The translations under genes were made by a program, and so were the position numbers. Shown one piece after another: positions 39,086-47,989 of a DNA stretch of 64,000 nucleotides. How positions within the stretch are numbered: the stretch's first letter is position 1; every line of letters starts with the position of its first letter. The stretch is from Akkermansiaceae bacterium (lineage in GTDB: Bacteria; Gemmatimonadota; Gemmatimonadetes; Palauibacterales; Palauibacteraceae), in NCBI GenBank assembly GCA_964195715.1, contig CAXMRU010000057.1, forward strand, positions 5,015 through 69,014, read 5' to 3'. The notes under the pieces are model-generated. The model ran no database searches. It was not told the DNA's origin and saw only the letters and a list, made by a program, of their open reading frames with translations.

Positions 39086-40042
39086 TCAGAGGACCCGGTA
39101 CAGGAATGCTGCGTACCCCACGAGGAGGAGGGCGCCCTCCCACCGGTTCACCTTCTTCCCGGTGTAGGCAAGAGGTATGAGGGCAAGGCAGAAGATCATG
39201 GCAGGCACGACCTGAGTCGCGACCGTATCCGACGACAGCTGCAGGGGGCTGAGCAGGGCTGCCGTGCCGAGCACCAGGCCCAGGTTGAATATGTTCGACC
39301 CGATCACGTTGCCGATCGCGATGTCTCCCATGCCACGGGCCGCGGCAGCGATCGTGGACGCGAGCTCAGGGAGCGATGTTCCAACGGCCACCATGGTCGC
39401 ACCGATAACTTCCTCGGGGACCTGGTACGCGATGGCGATCTTCGTGGCCGACTCGATCATCCAGGAGGCGCCTGCGAGAAGGAGTGCCGTCCCGAAGGCT
39501 ACCCTCAGCCAGTTCACGTACGGTCGGCGTATGGTGTTTCTATCGTGAGACTTAGCGTCGATACGGGCCGCCTGAAACTGACCGGTCTCCGTCTCCGACT
39601 TCCCCCAGCGGATCAGGTACGCCATGTACAGGGCGAAGCCGCTGACGAGGATCAGGCCTTCCACGAAGCCCAGCACGGCGTTCGAGGCGAATACCATCAC
39701 CGCGGCGAGAACGACCACCATCAGGGGCGCCTCTCGCTGCAACAGCTTCCGGTGGACGCTGATAGGCCGGATCATCGCGCCGAGGCCCACGATCAGGCCC
39801 ACGTTCGCCACCGTCGATCCGAACACGTTGCCGACTGCGATCCCAGTCTGGCCACGCAGAACTGCACCCGTTGAGACAACTAGCTCGGGAGCCGACGTGC
39901 CGAAGGCAACGACGGTCAGGCCGACGAGCAATGGGCTCACGCCACGGTGCTCCGCGACCCGGGAAGCTCCGGTCACCAACCAGTCCGCCCCGAGGGTCAG
40001 GGCGGTCAAGCTGACCAGGAATAGAAGGGCCTCAACCACCAT
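39086..40042 (-). CDS. Ca2+/Na+ antiporter (CaCA family, YrbG-like)
   Basis: Two internal alpha-repeats with GTSAPEL and GTSLPELA signature motifs. About 10 TM helices. Confidence 0.85.
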   Translation of the reverse strand: MVVEALLFLVSLTALTLGADWLVTGASRVAEHRGVSPLLVGLTVVAFGTSAPELVVSTGAVLRGQTGIAVGNVFGSTVANVGLIVGLGAMIRPISVHRKLLQREAPLMVVVLAAVMVFASNAVLGFVEGLILVSGFALYMAYLIRWGKSETETGQFQAARIDAKSHDRNTIRRPYVNWLRVAFGTALLLAGASWMIESATKIAIAYQVPEEVIGATMVAVGTSLPELASTIAAAARGMGDIAIGNVIGSNIFNLGLVLGTAALLSPLQLSSDTVATQVVPAMIFCLALIPLAYTGKKVNRWEGALLLVGYAAFLYRVL

Positions 40043-40063
40043 GACGGTTCCTCACACCATTAA

Positions 40064-40124
40064 TGTGGAAAACCGTCCCCTCGGTCGACACACCACGGGC
40101 ACCCCTGTGGACAACTGTGGATAA
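40064..40124 (+). promoter_or_regulatory. cluster of three DnaA-box-like 9-mers
   Basis: TGTGGAAAA (40064-40072), TGTGGACAA (40106-40114) and a perfect TGTGGATAA (40116-40124), all in the same orientation. They lie in the promoter region of the antiporter gene, downstream of the bactofilin gene. Confidence 0.4.
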
Positions 40125-40178
40125 TTGGCCACTCGAAGTGCGAGTAAGCAAGTACAAGTCCGTGAACCGGTTACGACG

Positions 40179-40637
40179 TCATGTCAGCTGGCTCTGGACT
40201 GATCCGGCGTCGTGTTGAGCCGGCTTCTCCCCATGTTTGGTCGCGCCAACGGGCTTTTCCGCGCCCTGTCCACCCATGTGGAATTGTCCGTCCACCTGAC
40301 CACCTTCGTCGAGCTTGATTCTCCTGCTGCGAATGTCGCCTTGAATGCGGCACGAAGCCTGTAATTCGATGCGGCTGTCGGCGCTGATGCTGCCGTTGAC
40401 CCGACCGGCCACGATTGCATCCTGGGTGACGACGTCCCCCAGAACGACCCCTTCCTTGCCGATCACAACGCTCTTGGCCGCCTTGACCGAACCTTCGATC
40501 TGACCTTCGACACGAATTGTGCCGTCGCTCGTGCAATCCCCGACTACTTTCATGCCGGGCCCGATGATCGATACGACGTCAGCGACGTCCCTCGTCGAGG
40601 CGTCCGTCCGGTTCCTCGTCTTCGTCATCTCGCTCAT
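40179..40637 (-). CDS. bactofilin (DUF583 polymer-forming cytoskeletal protein)
   Basis: Start MSEMTK, with AAAGGA 5-10 nt upstream. Core repeat-like beta-helix sequence (SIIGPGMKVVGDCTSDGTIRVEGQIEGSVKAAKSVVIGKEGVVLGDVV...). Pro/Gly-rich basic C-tail. Confidence 0.75.
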   Translation of the reverse strand: MSEMTKTRNRTDASTRDVADVVSIIGPGMKVVGDCTSDGTIRVEGQIEGSVKAAKSVVIGKEGVVLGDVVTQDAIVAGRVNGSISADSRIELQASCRIQGDIRSRRIKLDEGGQVDGQFHMGGQGAEKPVGATKHGEKPAQHDAGSVQSQLT

Positions 40638-40705
40638 TCCTTTCACTGTCCCTTCCGGGTCGCCGCGGCTCGACCCACCTTTATCAGGTCGCTGAAGAAC
40701 CCTGT

Positions 40706-41491
40706 TCAGGTCCCTTCCACAAGATAATCGAGCGGGTCCACGGGTACGCCCTGTCGCTCGATCTCGACGTGCAGGTGCGGAGCGGTCGATCGGCCGCTGT
40801 TTCCCGACAGGGCAATCACCTCTCCTACCTCCACCGAGTCGCCCGGGCCTACGAACAGCCATGAGTTGTGCGCGTACAAGCTGCTCAGTTCATCATCGTG
40901 TGCGACTCGAACGTATAGTCCGTACTCCGGGTCGTCCCCCGTCTCGGAGACCCGCCCGGTACGAGACGTGCGCACGTACGAACCCACCGGCACGGCGATG
41001 TCCACGCCCACATGCCCGTCCGGCGGAGCGGCAGTCGTGTCCCCGAAATTCCGCGTCACGAAGCCCTGTTCGACCACGGGCCACACAAAGCCCGCGCTGG
41101 CTTCCTGTTCACTTACGCGGCGCTCGCTCGCTTCCTTCTCAGACAATGGAGGGAGCAGAATGTCACGTTGCGACCTTCCAAGCTCTCCTCCCATCACCAC
41201 TCTCAGCTGCCGGTACTCGGCCTCGAGGCGCTCAACACGCTCTGCTACGACCCTCATCGCCGCATTTTCACGCTGCAAGTCGGAGACCTCCGCTTCCAGA
41301 GCCGCAATTTCGTCCCCGGAAGCCAGGTTGCCTACCCACCGGCCGGCGCCGAAGAAGGCTGCGCCGAGGGCGGTCAACAGCACCGTTGCCAGCAGTGTCA
41401 CCTTCGCGCGCGACAGCGCCACTGTGCGGGACTGCACTTCTCCTTCCCGCACCACGATCAGCGTCCAGCGCCGGCGTCCTTCCGCGTTCAT
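40706..41491 (-). CDS. M23 (LytM) peptidase with N-terminal TM helix and coiled coil
   Basis: TM segment TLLATVLLTALGAAFFGAG. Coiled coil. M23 motifs HVGVDIAVPVGSYV and SGRSTAPHLHVEI. ATGA overlap with the parB gene's stop. Confidence 0.75.
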   Translation of the reverse strand: MNAEGRRRWTLIVVREGEVQSRTVALSRAKVTLLATVLLTALGAAFFGAGRWVGNLASGDEIAALEAEVSDLQRENAAMRVVAERVERLEAEYRQLRVVMGGELGRSQRDILLPPLSEKEASERRVSEQEASAGFVWPVVEQGFVTRNFGDTTAAPPDGHVGVDIAVPVGSYVRTSRTGRVSETGDDPEYGLYVRVAHDDELSSLYAHNSWLFVGPGDSVEVGEVIALSGNSGRSTAPHLHVEIERQGVPVDPLDYLVEGT

Positions 41492-42387
41492 CGTTCTCCG
41501 AACAGCTCGCCGGCGTCAGCCGCGTCGAGAAGTGCGCGCGTCACGCGTTCGAATTCGTCCGGATCATGAAACGGAATTCGGATTTCGCCCTGGTTGCGCG
41601 CGCGCAGCGTCACCTTGACGTTCGTCCCATACGCGCGGGACAGCAGCACGGCCGCCTTGCGGGCGACTGGGTCTTCGCGCGCCGGTCCTCGCTTACCGCC
41701 CGGGGGTCCTCGCTTCTTGCCAGTTCGTGCCCGGGACTCGGTCTCGCGTACCGACAGCCCCTTCGCTGCAACTTCCCGCGCGAGCGCTACCTGATCCGCC
41801 TCTCCCTCAACCGACAGAATGGCCCGGGCGTGCCCGGCGGTGATCGCCCCTTCGCTCAGCAGGTCACGAACTGCAGCGGGAAGCGTGAGAAGCCGCAGCG
41901 CGTTCGCCACGGTCGAGCGGTCCCGTCCCACTCGCTTCGCCGCTTCTTTCTGAGTGAGACCGAAACCGTCGATCAACTGCTGGTAACCCACGGCCTCCTC
42001 GAGCGGGCCCAGATCCTCCCTCTGGAGGTTCTCCACGAGTGCCACGACCAGCATCTGTTCGTCGCTGAGTGGCCTGACTATCGTGGGCGCCTTTTCCCAA
42101 CCGAGGCGCGTGAGCACCCGCCACCTACGCTCGCCCGCCACCAGCTCGAAATCGAGGCCGGCCGGCCGGACTACCAGGGGCTGCAGCAAGCCGTTTTCAC
42201 GGATCGACGCCTCGAGCTCGTCGAGGGCCTCGCCCTCGAATTGCCTGCGCGGCTGGAACGGGTTGGGTCGGATACGGCCTACCTCGATCTCCCGGATCGG
42301 CATTTTGCCGGACGCCGGCTCCTCGAGGTATTCCCCGAGAAGGGCTCCGAGTCCTTTGCCGAGACGCCGTGCTTCAGGTTTGGGCAA
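41488..42387 (-). CDS. parB: chromosome partitioning protein ParB/Spo0J
   Basis: TTG start preceded by AAGGGGG. It overlaps the parA stop. ParB box I/II (RLGKGLGALL; PIREIEVGRIRPNPFQPRR; GLLQPLVVRP; GERRWRV). HTH. 299 aa. Confidence 0.85.
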   Translation of the reverse strand: MPKPEARRLGKGLGALLGEYLEEPASGKMPIREIEVGRIRPNPFQPRRQFEGEALDELEASIRENGLLQPLVVRPAGLDFELVAGERRWRVLTRLGWEKAPTIVRPLSDEQMLVVALVENLQREDLGPLEEAVGYQQLIDGFGLTQKEAAKRVGRDRSTVANALRLLTLPAAVRDLLSEGAITAGHARAILSVEGEADQVALAREVAAKGLSVRETESRARTGKKRGPPGGKRGPAREDPVARKAAVLLSRAYGTNVKVTLRARNQGEIRIPFHDPDEFERVTRALLDAADAGELFGER

Positions 42388-43171
42388 CGACGGCCCCCTT
42401 CCTCTCTTCGTCCCGGCGCACGATCTCCGACGCCAGGCTGAGGTATCCCCGGGCGCCGGTCGACAGCACATCGTACAGCGCGATCGGCTGTCCGAAGCTC
42501 GGCGCCTCGGCGAGTCGAACATTCCGGGGAATCCAGGTCTTGAAAACCTTCGCCCCGAAGTACTCCTCCGCCTCTCCCTTCACCTGCTTAGACAGGTTGA
42601 GGCGCGAGTCGAACATCGTCAGTAGCACCCCTTCAATGCCCAGTTCCGGATTGATGCTCCGCTGAACGATCCGCACCGTGTTCAGCAACTGGCTCAGCCC
42701 CTCGAGCGCGTAGAACTCGCACTGGATAGGGATCAGTACGGTGTCTGCCGCTACAAGGGCGTTGAGCGTGAGCAGGCCGAGCGAAGGAGGAGAGTCGATG
42801 AGGACGTACTCGTATCGGTCCCGGATCGGCTCCATGATCTCACGCAGTACGCGCTCCCGCCGTGGCCGCTCGATCAATTCGACCTCAGCTCCGGCAAGAT
42901 CTCGGCTCGCCGGGACCACATCCAGCATGGGGAAGTGGATCGCCGGTCGAATTGCGTCTTCCAAGGCCTGCCCATCCACGAGACAGTCGTACACATCCGG
43001 CGCGCCGCTTTCTCTGGCGATCCCGAGGCCGCTGGATGCGTTGCCCTGCGGATCACAATCGATGACAAGCGTTTTCTTCTCCGCGATCGCCAGGGAAGCA
43101 CCCAGGTTGATGGCGGTGGTGGTCTTGCCGACTCCGCCCTTCTGGTTAGCTATGGCGATGACTCGCGACAT
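42374..43171 (-). CDS. parA: chromosome partitioning ATPase ParA/Soj
   Basis: Deviant Walker A KGGVGKTT. ParA family throughout. Confidence 0.9.
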   Translation of the reverse strand: MSRVIAIANQKGGVGKTTTAINLGASLAIAEKKTLVIDCDPQGNASSGLGIARESGAPDVYDCLVDGQALEDAIRPAIHFPMLDVVPASRDLAGAEVELIERPRRERVLREIMEPIRDRYEYVLIDSPPSLGLLTLNALVAADTVLIPIQCEFYALEGLSQLLNTVRIVQRSINPELGIEGVLLTMFDSRLNLSKQVKGEAEEYFGAKVFKTWIPRNVRLAEAPSFGQPIALYDVLSTGARGYLSLASEIVRRDEERKGAVVAQT

Positions 43172-43327
43172 CTGTACTCCGCACTAAAACGTTGTTATTA
43201 AACAAGTTACCGCTACGTCTATGTCGGGGCAGCGTCGCCTCGAGAACCTCAACCCGCTCGGAGTGGATCTTCCTGTTCCACGGGGCGAGGAATATACGGC
43301 GGGTCCGTGTGTGAGCCAAGAAAACAA

Positions 43328-43343
43328 TGTTGCACGTGAAACA
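43328..43343. promoter_or_regulatory. parS site (ParB-binding centromere), copy 1
   Basis: TGTTGCACGTGAAACA matches the parS consensus TGTTNCACGTGAAACA. It is immediately upstream of parA. Confidence 0.7.
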
Positions 43344-43365
43344 TCTTGCGACTCCGCCGTTCCTG

Positions 43366-43381
43366 TGTTGCACGTGAAACA
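43366..43381. promoter_or_regulatory. parS site, copy 2
   Basis: Identical 16-mer TGTTGCACGTGAAACA, 38 bp from copy 1. Confidence 0.7.
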
Positions 43382-43388
43382 ACTGCAA

Positions 43389-45281
43389 TCAAGTGATCTC
43401 GCAGTCTCCCGGGACCATCCTCCGTCCGCGCTTCCGTACCTCCACGAGAAGGTTCTGAAGATCGGAGGGAGACACTCCTGGAATGCGTGCCGCCTGACCC
43501 ATGGTCTGCGGCCGAACCGTTGACAGTTTCTGCCGAGCTTCAAGTGACAACGACCGAAAATCCAGGTATGGGGCATCCGGAGGCAGCAGCAAACCCTCCC
43601 GCTCGGCCAGAGCAGTCGCTCGTTCTTCCTCGCGACGTATGTAGCCGTCGTACTTCACCTCCATCTCAACGACCGCGAGCGCATCAAGCCCCAGGCCCGG
43701 ATCACGAACGGGACCGTCTTCCGCCACCAGCGCCCGAAGCGTCACCTCTGGCCGGCGTACGAGACGGATCAGAGGTTTTCGCTCGGTAAGCGGGCTGCTA
43801 CTGCGGTCAACCAGCCACTCGTTGGCTTCGGCAGGATCAATCCGCTCCTCTCGAATCCACTTACGGGTTCGCTCGAGGTCCTCCAGATGCCCGTCCAGAC
43901 GCACCAACTCCTCCTCCGACAGCAGACCAAGCCGCTCCGCTACCGGGCCCATGCGTAACAGCGCATTGTCCTGTCTGAGCATGAGCCGGAATTCAGCTCT
44001 TGACGTGAACAGTCGATATGGCTCGTCTACTCCACGAGTCACGAGGTCGTCCACGAGGACTCCGATGTACGCTTCGTCCCGCCCGGGTACCCACGGTTCC
44101 CGATCAAGCGCCGCGTGGGCTGCATTCACCCCTGCGACCACGCCCTGTGCGGCGGCCTCTTCGTAACCCGTCGTGCCGTTCACTTGACCCGCCAGGTACA
44201 GTCCATGCAAGCACTTGAGCGCCAGTGTTCGCCCGAGCTGCAAAGGAGGGAAGAAGTCGTACTCGATTGCATAACCGGGTTGAGTCATACGGGCGTTCTC
44301 CAGGCCCGGCACCGCACGCAGGAATTCACGTTGAACATCCGGGGGCAACGACGTGGAGAGACCGTTTACGTACAGCTCTGAGGTTTCCAACCCTTCCGGT
44401 TCGAGAAATACCTGGTGTCCACTCGCCTCAGGGAACTTGACGATCTTGTCTTCGATCGACGGGCAGTACCGCGGACCCTGTGAAGCGAGCACCCCTCCGT
44501 ACAGAGCCGATCGATCCAGGTTGGATTGGACAATCTCCTTTACTTCCTCACCCGCGCGCGCTATCCAGCATGGCCGCCTCTCGAGTCCGCCGCTCACCTC
44601 CCAGTGCGAGAACCTGTATCCGTCCTCCTCGCCGTCCTGCCGCTCCAGGCGGTCAAGGTCCACACTCCGGCCATCCACTCGGGGTGGCGTGCCTGTCTTG
44701 AAGCGTCGCGCCTCCAGCCCCAGGTCGCGCATCTGATCCGCCAGCGCCACGGAAGGAGCATCTCCCGCCCTACCTGCAGCAAACTCCCTCTCGACACCGA
44801 TCCGAATGCTGCCACGCAGGAACGTGCCGGCCGTGAGCACGACGCTGCGTGCTGCGAACTCACTGCCGTCCGCACATACGACTCCCGAGACCCGCTCTCC
44901 TTCCATGCGCAGCACGGAAACAGTCCCCTGGAACATCTCCAGCCCGCGCTGCTCCTCCAGCAGCGAGCGGATCTCTCGCGAATAGAGACCCCTGTCGCAC
45001 TGGGCCCTCGGCGCCCAGACCGCCGGCCCCTTGCTGCGATTCAGCATTCGGAAGTGCAGCGTGGTACGATCAGCGGCTCGTCCCATAAGTCCGCCCAGCG
45101 CATCTACTTCCCGCACCACGGTTCCCTTCGCAACACCGCCGATCGCCGGGTTGCAGGACATCTGTCCGACCCGTGCAAGGAACGACGTCACGAGCAGCGT
45201 CTTCGCGCCGGCCCTCGCGGACGCATTCGCAGCCTCCGAGCCCGCGTGGCCCCCGCCGATGACGATCACGTCGTAGTACAT
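43389..45281 (-). CDS. mnmG: tRNA uridine-5-carboxymethylaminomethyl modification enzyme MnmG (GidA)
   Basis: Start MYYDVIVIGGGHAGSEAA (FAD Rossmann), with AGGAGAGGA RBS. The ORF's upstream extension was rejected. 631 aa. Confidence 0.9.
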   Translation of the reverse strand: MYYDVIVIGGGHAGSEAANASARAGAKTLLVTSFLARVGQMSCNPAIGGVAKGTVVREVDALGGLMGRAADRTTLHFRMLNRSKGPAVWAPRAQCDRGLYSREIRSLLEEQRGLEMFQGTVSVLRMEGERVSGVVCADGSEFAARSVVLTAGTFLRGSIRIGVEREFAAGRAGDAPSVALADQMRDLGLEARRFKTGTPPRVDGRSVDLDRLERQDGEEDGYRFSHWEVSGGLERRPCWIARAGEEVKEIVQSNLDRSALYGGVLASQGPRYCPSIEDKIVKFPEASGHQVFLEPEGLETSELYVNGLSTSLPPDVQREFLRAVPGLENARMTQPGYAIEYDFFPPLQLGRTLALKCLHGLYLAGQVNGTTGYEEAAAQGVVAGVNAAHAALDREPWVPGRDEAYIGVLVDDLVTRGVDEPYRLFTSRAEFRLMLRQDNALLRMGPVAERLGLLSEEELVRLDGHLEDLERTRKWIREERIDPAEANEWLVDRSSSPLTERKPLIRLVRRPEVTLRALVAEDGPVRDPGLGLDALAVVEMEVKYDGYIRREEERATALAEREGLLLPPDAPYLDFRSLSLEARQKLSTVRPQTMGQAARIPGVSPSDLQNLLVEVRKRGRRMVPGDCEIT

Positions 45282-45399
45282 TCCTCTCCTGGTTCCTATC
45301 CCCGGTTCCGGGCGCCCCGCCAAATCCGAGGCTCCCGCTCCCGCGGACCCTTCTTCAGCTTCGGGCCGCGCGGCCCGCCAAACTAGGGACGATAGGTCG

Positions 45400-45687
45400 A
45401 TGCAGCCAAGTATGGATGAGTCACGGGTCGGCTTTGTCATCGAGGGCCGCGTACAGGCGGTCGGATTCCGGTGGTGGGCCCGGTGCTCGGCAATCCGGCT
45501 TGGCCTGCGCGGAACCGTGCGTAACCGAACGGATGGTTCGGTGGAAATACATGCCTCCGGCTCTCCTGATGCGCTGCAGATATTCGTCGCGGCACTCCGT
45601 ACGGGGCCGCCGGGCGCCCGGGTGGATGTCGTGCGCCCCATCACGTCCACCGGCGAGTTACCCGCGGACTTCCGCGCGATTCTCTGA
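45400..45687 (+). CDS. acyP: acylphosphatase
   Basis: VIEGRVQAVGFRWWA..GLRGTVRNRTDGSVEIHASG is the acylphosphatase signature. Confidence 0.8.
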   Translation: MQPSMDESRVGFVIEGRVQAVGFRWWARCSAIRLGLRGTVRNRTDGSVEIHASGSPDALQIFVAALRTGPPGARVDVVRPITSTGELPADFRAIL

Positions 45688-45760
45688 GGCCGGCACTTTT
45701 TCACTTTGCAGGTGTATCCCCGTAGCATTCTGACACCTACCGCGCGAGGATGAACGCATC

Positions 45761-46558
45761 ATGATAGAGCTGCCAGACGTCGAGCGAATGATCGACGCCT
45801 TTGCCGGATACGCCACCGGGAAGACCGTGTCCGTTGTCCTCATTGACGACAAGGAGACCGTCGACCTGGATGCCGATCAGGCCGCCGAGCACATCCAGGG
45901 CCATGCCATCGACACCGTCGAACGGCGCGGAAAGTACGTCGTTCTCCGTTTCCGCTCCGAAGTAAGCCTTATCTTCGACATGGGATCCGACGGCGAAGTG
46001 TATCTCGAGTCGCAGACGGCGCCGCCCCGTGAAACTAGCAAGATCCGGCTTCAGTTCGCCGCCGGCCGCGAGCTTCGCTTCGCCTCCAGTGGCACCAACG
46101 GCGATGTTCATCTCCTTGAAGGTGAGGACCTTTCGGGTTTCGGCCTCCTCAACAATCTCGGCCTCGATCCGCTCAGCGAGGAACTCACGCCGGACCGATT
46201 CATACACATGGCACGCCAGCGTACACGTAGCACTCTGAAGGGTCTCCTGATGAACGAGGAGGTCGTGGCGGGCATCGGAAACGAGTACGCGGACGAGATC
46301 TGCTTCCAGGCCAGTATCCGGCCCGACTGCAAGGTCGGGGACCTGTCCGACGAGCAGCTCGCCCGGATTCAGAAGTACCTGAGGCGTGTGCTGCGCCGGG
46401 CGACTCTGCACTGGCAGGCGGCGCATTCCGACCCGGGGTGGCTCATCAACCGGCGGCATCCGGGGCATACGTGTCCCCGATGCATGAGCGAGCTGGAATC
46501 CCTGAGTGTAGTGGGAAAGCGGACGTATCTCTGTCCCAGGTGCCAGCGAGCAGCCTGA
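45761..46558 (+). CDS. Fpg/Nei-family DNA glycosylase (H2TH + zinc finger), atypical N-terminus
   Basis: N-terminal IELPDVE. H2TH GIGNEYADEICFQASIRP. C4 zinc finger CPRC...CPRC. Residue 2 is Ile, not the canonical catalytic Pro. Confidence 0.8.
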   Translation: MIELPDVERMIDAFAGYATGKTVSVVLIDDKETVDLDADQAAEHIQGHAIDTVERRGKYVVLRFRSEVSLIFDMGSDGEVYLESQTAPPRETSKIRLQFAAGRELRFASSGTNGDVHLLEGEDLSGFGLLNNLGLDPLSEELTPDRFIHMARQRTRSTLKGLLMNEEVVAGIGNEYADEICFQASIRPDCKVGDLSDEQLARIQKYLRRVLRRATLHWQAAHSDPGWLINRRHPGHTCPRCMSELESLSVVGKRTYLCPRCQRAA

Positions 46559-46577
46559 CAGGCTCCTGCTGGCCGGA

Positions 46578-47942
46578 CTACTTGCCCACGCAGAATGAGC
46601 TGAACACGACGTCCAGAACGTCGTCGGTGGTAACAGTTCCGAGCAGATCTTCCAGGGCGAGTGTGGCATCCTGAACGTGTGTGCCGGCGACTTCGCTCGG
46701 CAGCCCGCCGACGCGGGCTGCCTGGAAGGCCTCCACGTCCTCCCAGGCCTTCGTCAGACACCTCACCTGGCGCTCCCTCGTGACGATCGGAACTTCCTCT
46801 TCTCCTCGGACTCCCGAGAAAGCTCTCTGCAGAAGGGCTTCCCGCAATTCCGGTATCCCTTCGCCCGTGTGAGCGGAGATGCACACCTCCATCTCCAACC
46901 CGACGGTCGTCGCTTTCCCGCAATCCGGGTGTAGGTCGGCCTTCGTGCGCAGTACGAGGATGCGTGATCCGTCCGTTCGCCCGTATTCGGCAAGGAAATC
47001 CGTCTCGTCAGCTCCTGGTTGCCTTCCCGCCTCCACGCACAGCAACACGATGTCCGCCCGATCCAGGTAGCTCCGCGCTACTTCGATTCCCATCTTCGCA
47101 ACGCGTCCCGGGTCTTCTCCAAGACCCGCTGTGTCGACCACGCGAAACGGATACCCTGCAACGCTCACGAGAGCCTCGATCGCGTCCCTCGTGGTGCCGG
47201 GTTCCTCTGTCACGATCGCGCGCTCGAAACCCAGTAACGCGTTGAAAAGACTAGACTTACCTGCGTTGGGCCTGCCCGCCATCACGGTGAGCGCACCGTC
47301 GCGGAGAAGTTCCCCTTCGGGCACGAGGTCGAGCATGCGGGCGAGTTGATCACTGAGCTGGATCGCGGTCCCGTCGATTCGCTCTGCCGGAACCGGTCCG
47401 TCGTCCTCCTCGGGAAAGTCTATGTCGTAGGCGAGCAGGGCCTGAAGCTCAAGCAGTCCTTGCCGCAGGTCTTCGATCCGTCGCGACAGACCCCGCTCCA
47501 ACTGAAAGAGGGCCGCTCGATGCATGGCTGGTGATCGGGCTTCGATCAGATCCAGCGTCGCTTCGACCTGCATGAGGTCCATCTTGCCGTTGAGGAAGGC
47601 CCGACGAGTAAACTCTCCGGGCTCCGCCGGCCGCGACCCGGCCGCACACACCGCCTCGAGCACGAGCTGGGGAGCCAGGGCCCCGCCATGGCAGCTGAGC
47701 TCCAGCATGTCTTCTCCCGTATAGGACGCGGGCGCCTTGAAACGCACGGCGACCACTTCGTCTACGGGAAGCCCCGTCCCCGGATGACGAACGGTCGCGT
47801 GCTGCGTCACCCGAGGCTCTGCAGGGGGAAGCCCAAGCTCCGTGGCGATGGCAAACGAGCCCGGGCCGCTGACACGGACCACCGCGAGCGCACTCCTCCC
47901 AGGAGGCGTCGAGATGGCCGCGATCGTGTTCTGGTGAGGCAT
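46578..47942 (-). CDS. mnmE: tRNA modification GTPase MnmE (TrmE)
   Basis: N-terminal IAAISTPPGRSALAVVRVSG, G-domain GRPNAGKSSLFNAL, C-terminal CIGK-like ...FCVGK. Confidence 0.9.
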   Translation of the reverse strand: MPHQNTIAAISTPPGRSALAVVRVSGPGSFAIATELGLPPAEPRVTQHATVRHPGTGLPVDEVVAVRFKAPASYTGEDMLELSCHGGALAPQLVLEAVCAAGSRPAEPGEFTRRAFLNGKMDLMQVEATLDLIEARSPAMHRAALFQLERGLSRRIEDLRQGLLELQALLAYDIDFPEEDDGPVPAERIDGTAIQLSDQLARMLDLVPEGELLRDGALTVMAGRPNAGKSSLFNALLGFERAIVTEEPGTTRDAIEALVSVAGYPFRVVDTAGLGEDPGRVAKMGIEVARSYLDRADIVLLCVEAGRQPGADETDFLAEYGRTDGSRILVLRTKADLHPDCGKATTVGLEMEVCISAHTGEGIPELREALLQRAFSGVRGEEEVPIVTRERQVRCLTKAWEDVEAFQAARVGGLPSEVAGTHVQDATLALEDLLGTVTTDDVLDVVFSSFCVGK

Positions 47943-47989
47943 GCCCGGGCTCGCTGGAGGGCGCGCAGACGGCTCGAGCGGCGGGATTC

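Noticed and set aside
38645-39874. 409-aa + strand ORF
   Set aside because: Antisense to the CaCA antiporter and VapB genes. Low-complexity Arg/His-rich translation.
45282-45728. 149-codon upstream extension of the mnmG ORF
   Set aside because: MnmG universally starts at the FAD-binding MYYDVIVIGGG. That ATG has a strong AGGAGAGGA RBS. The extension is low-complexity.
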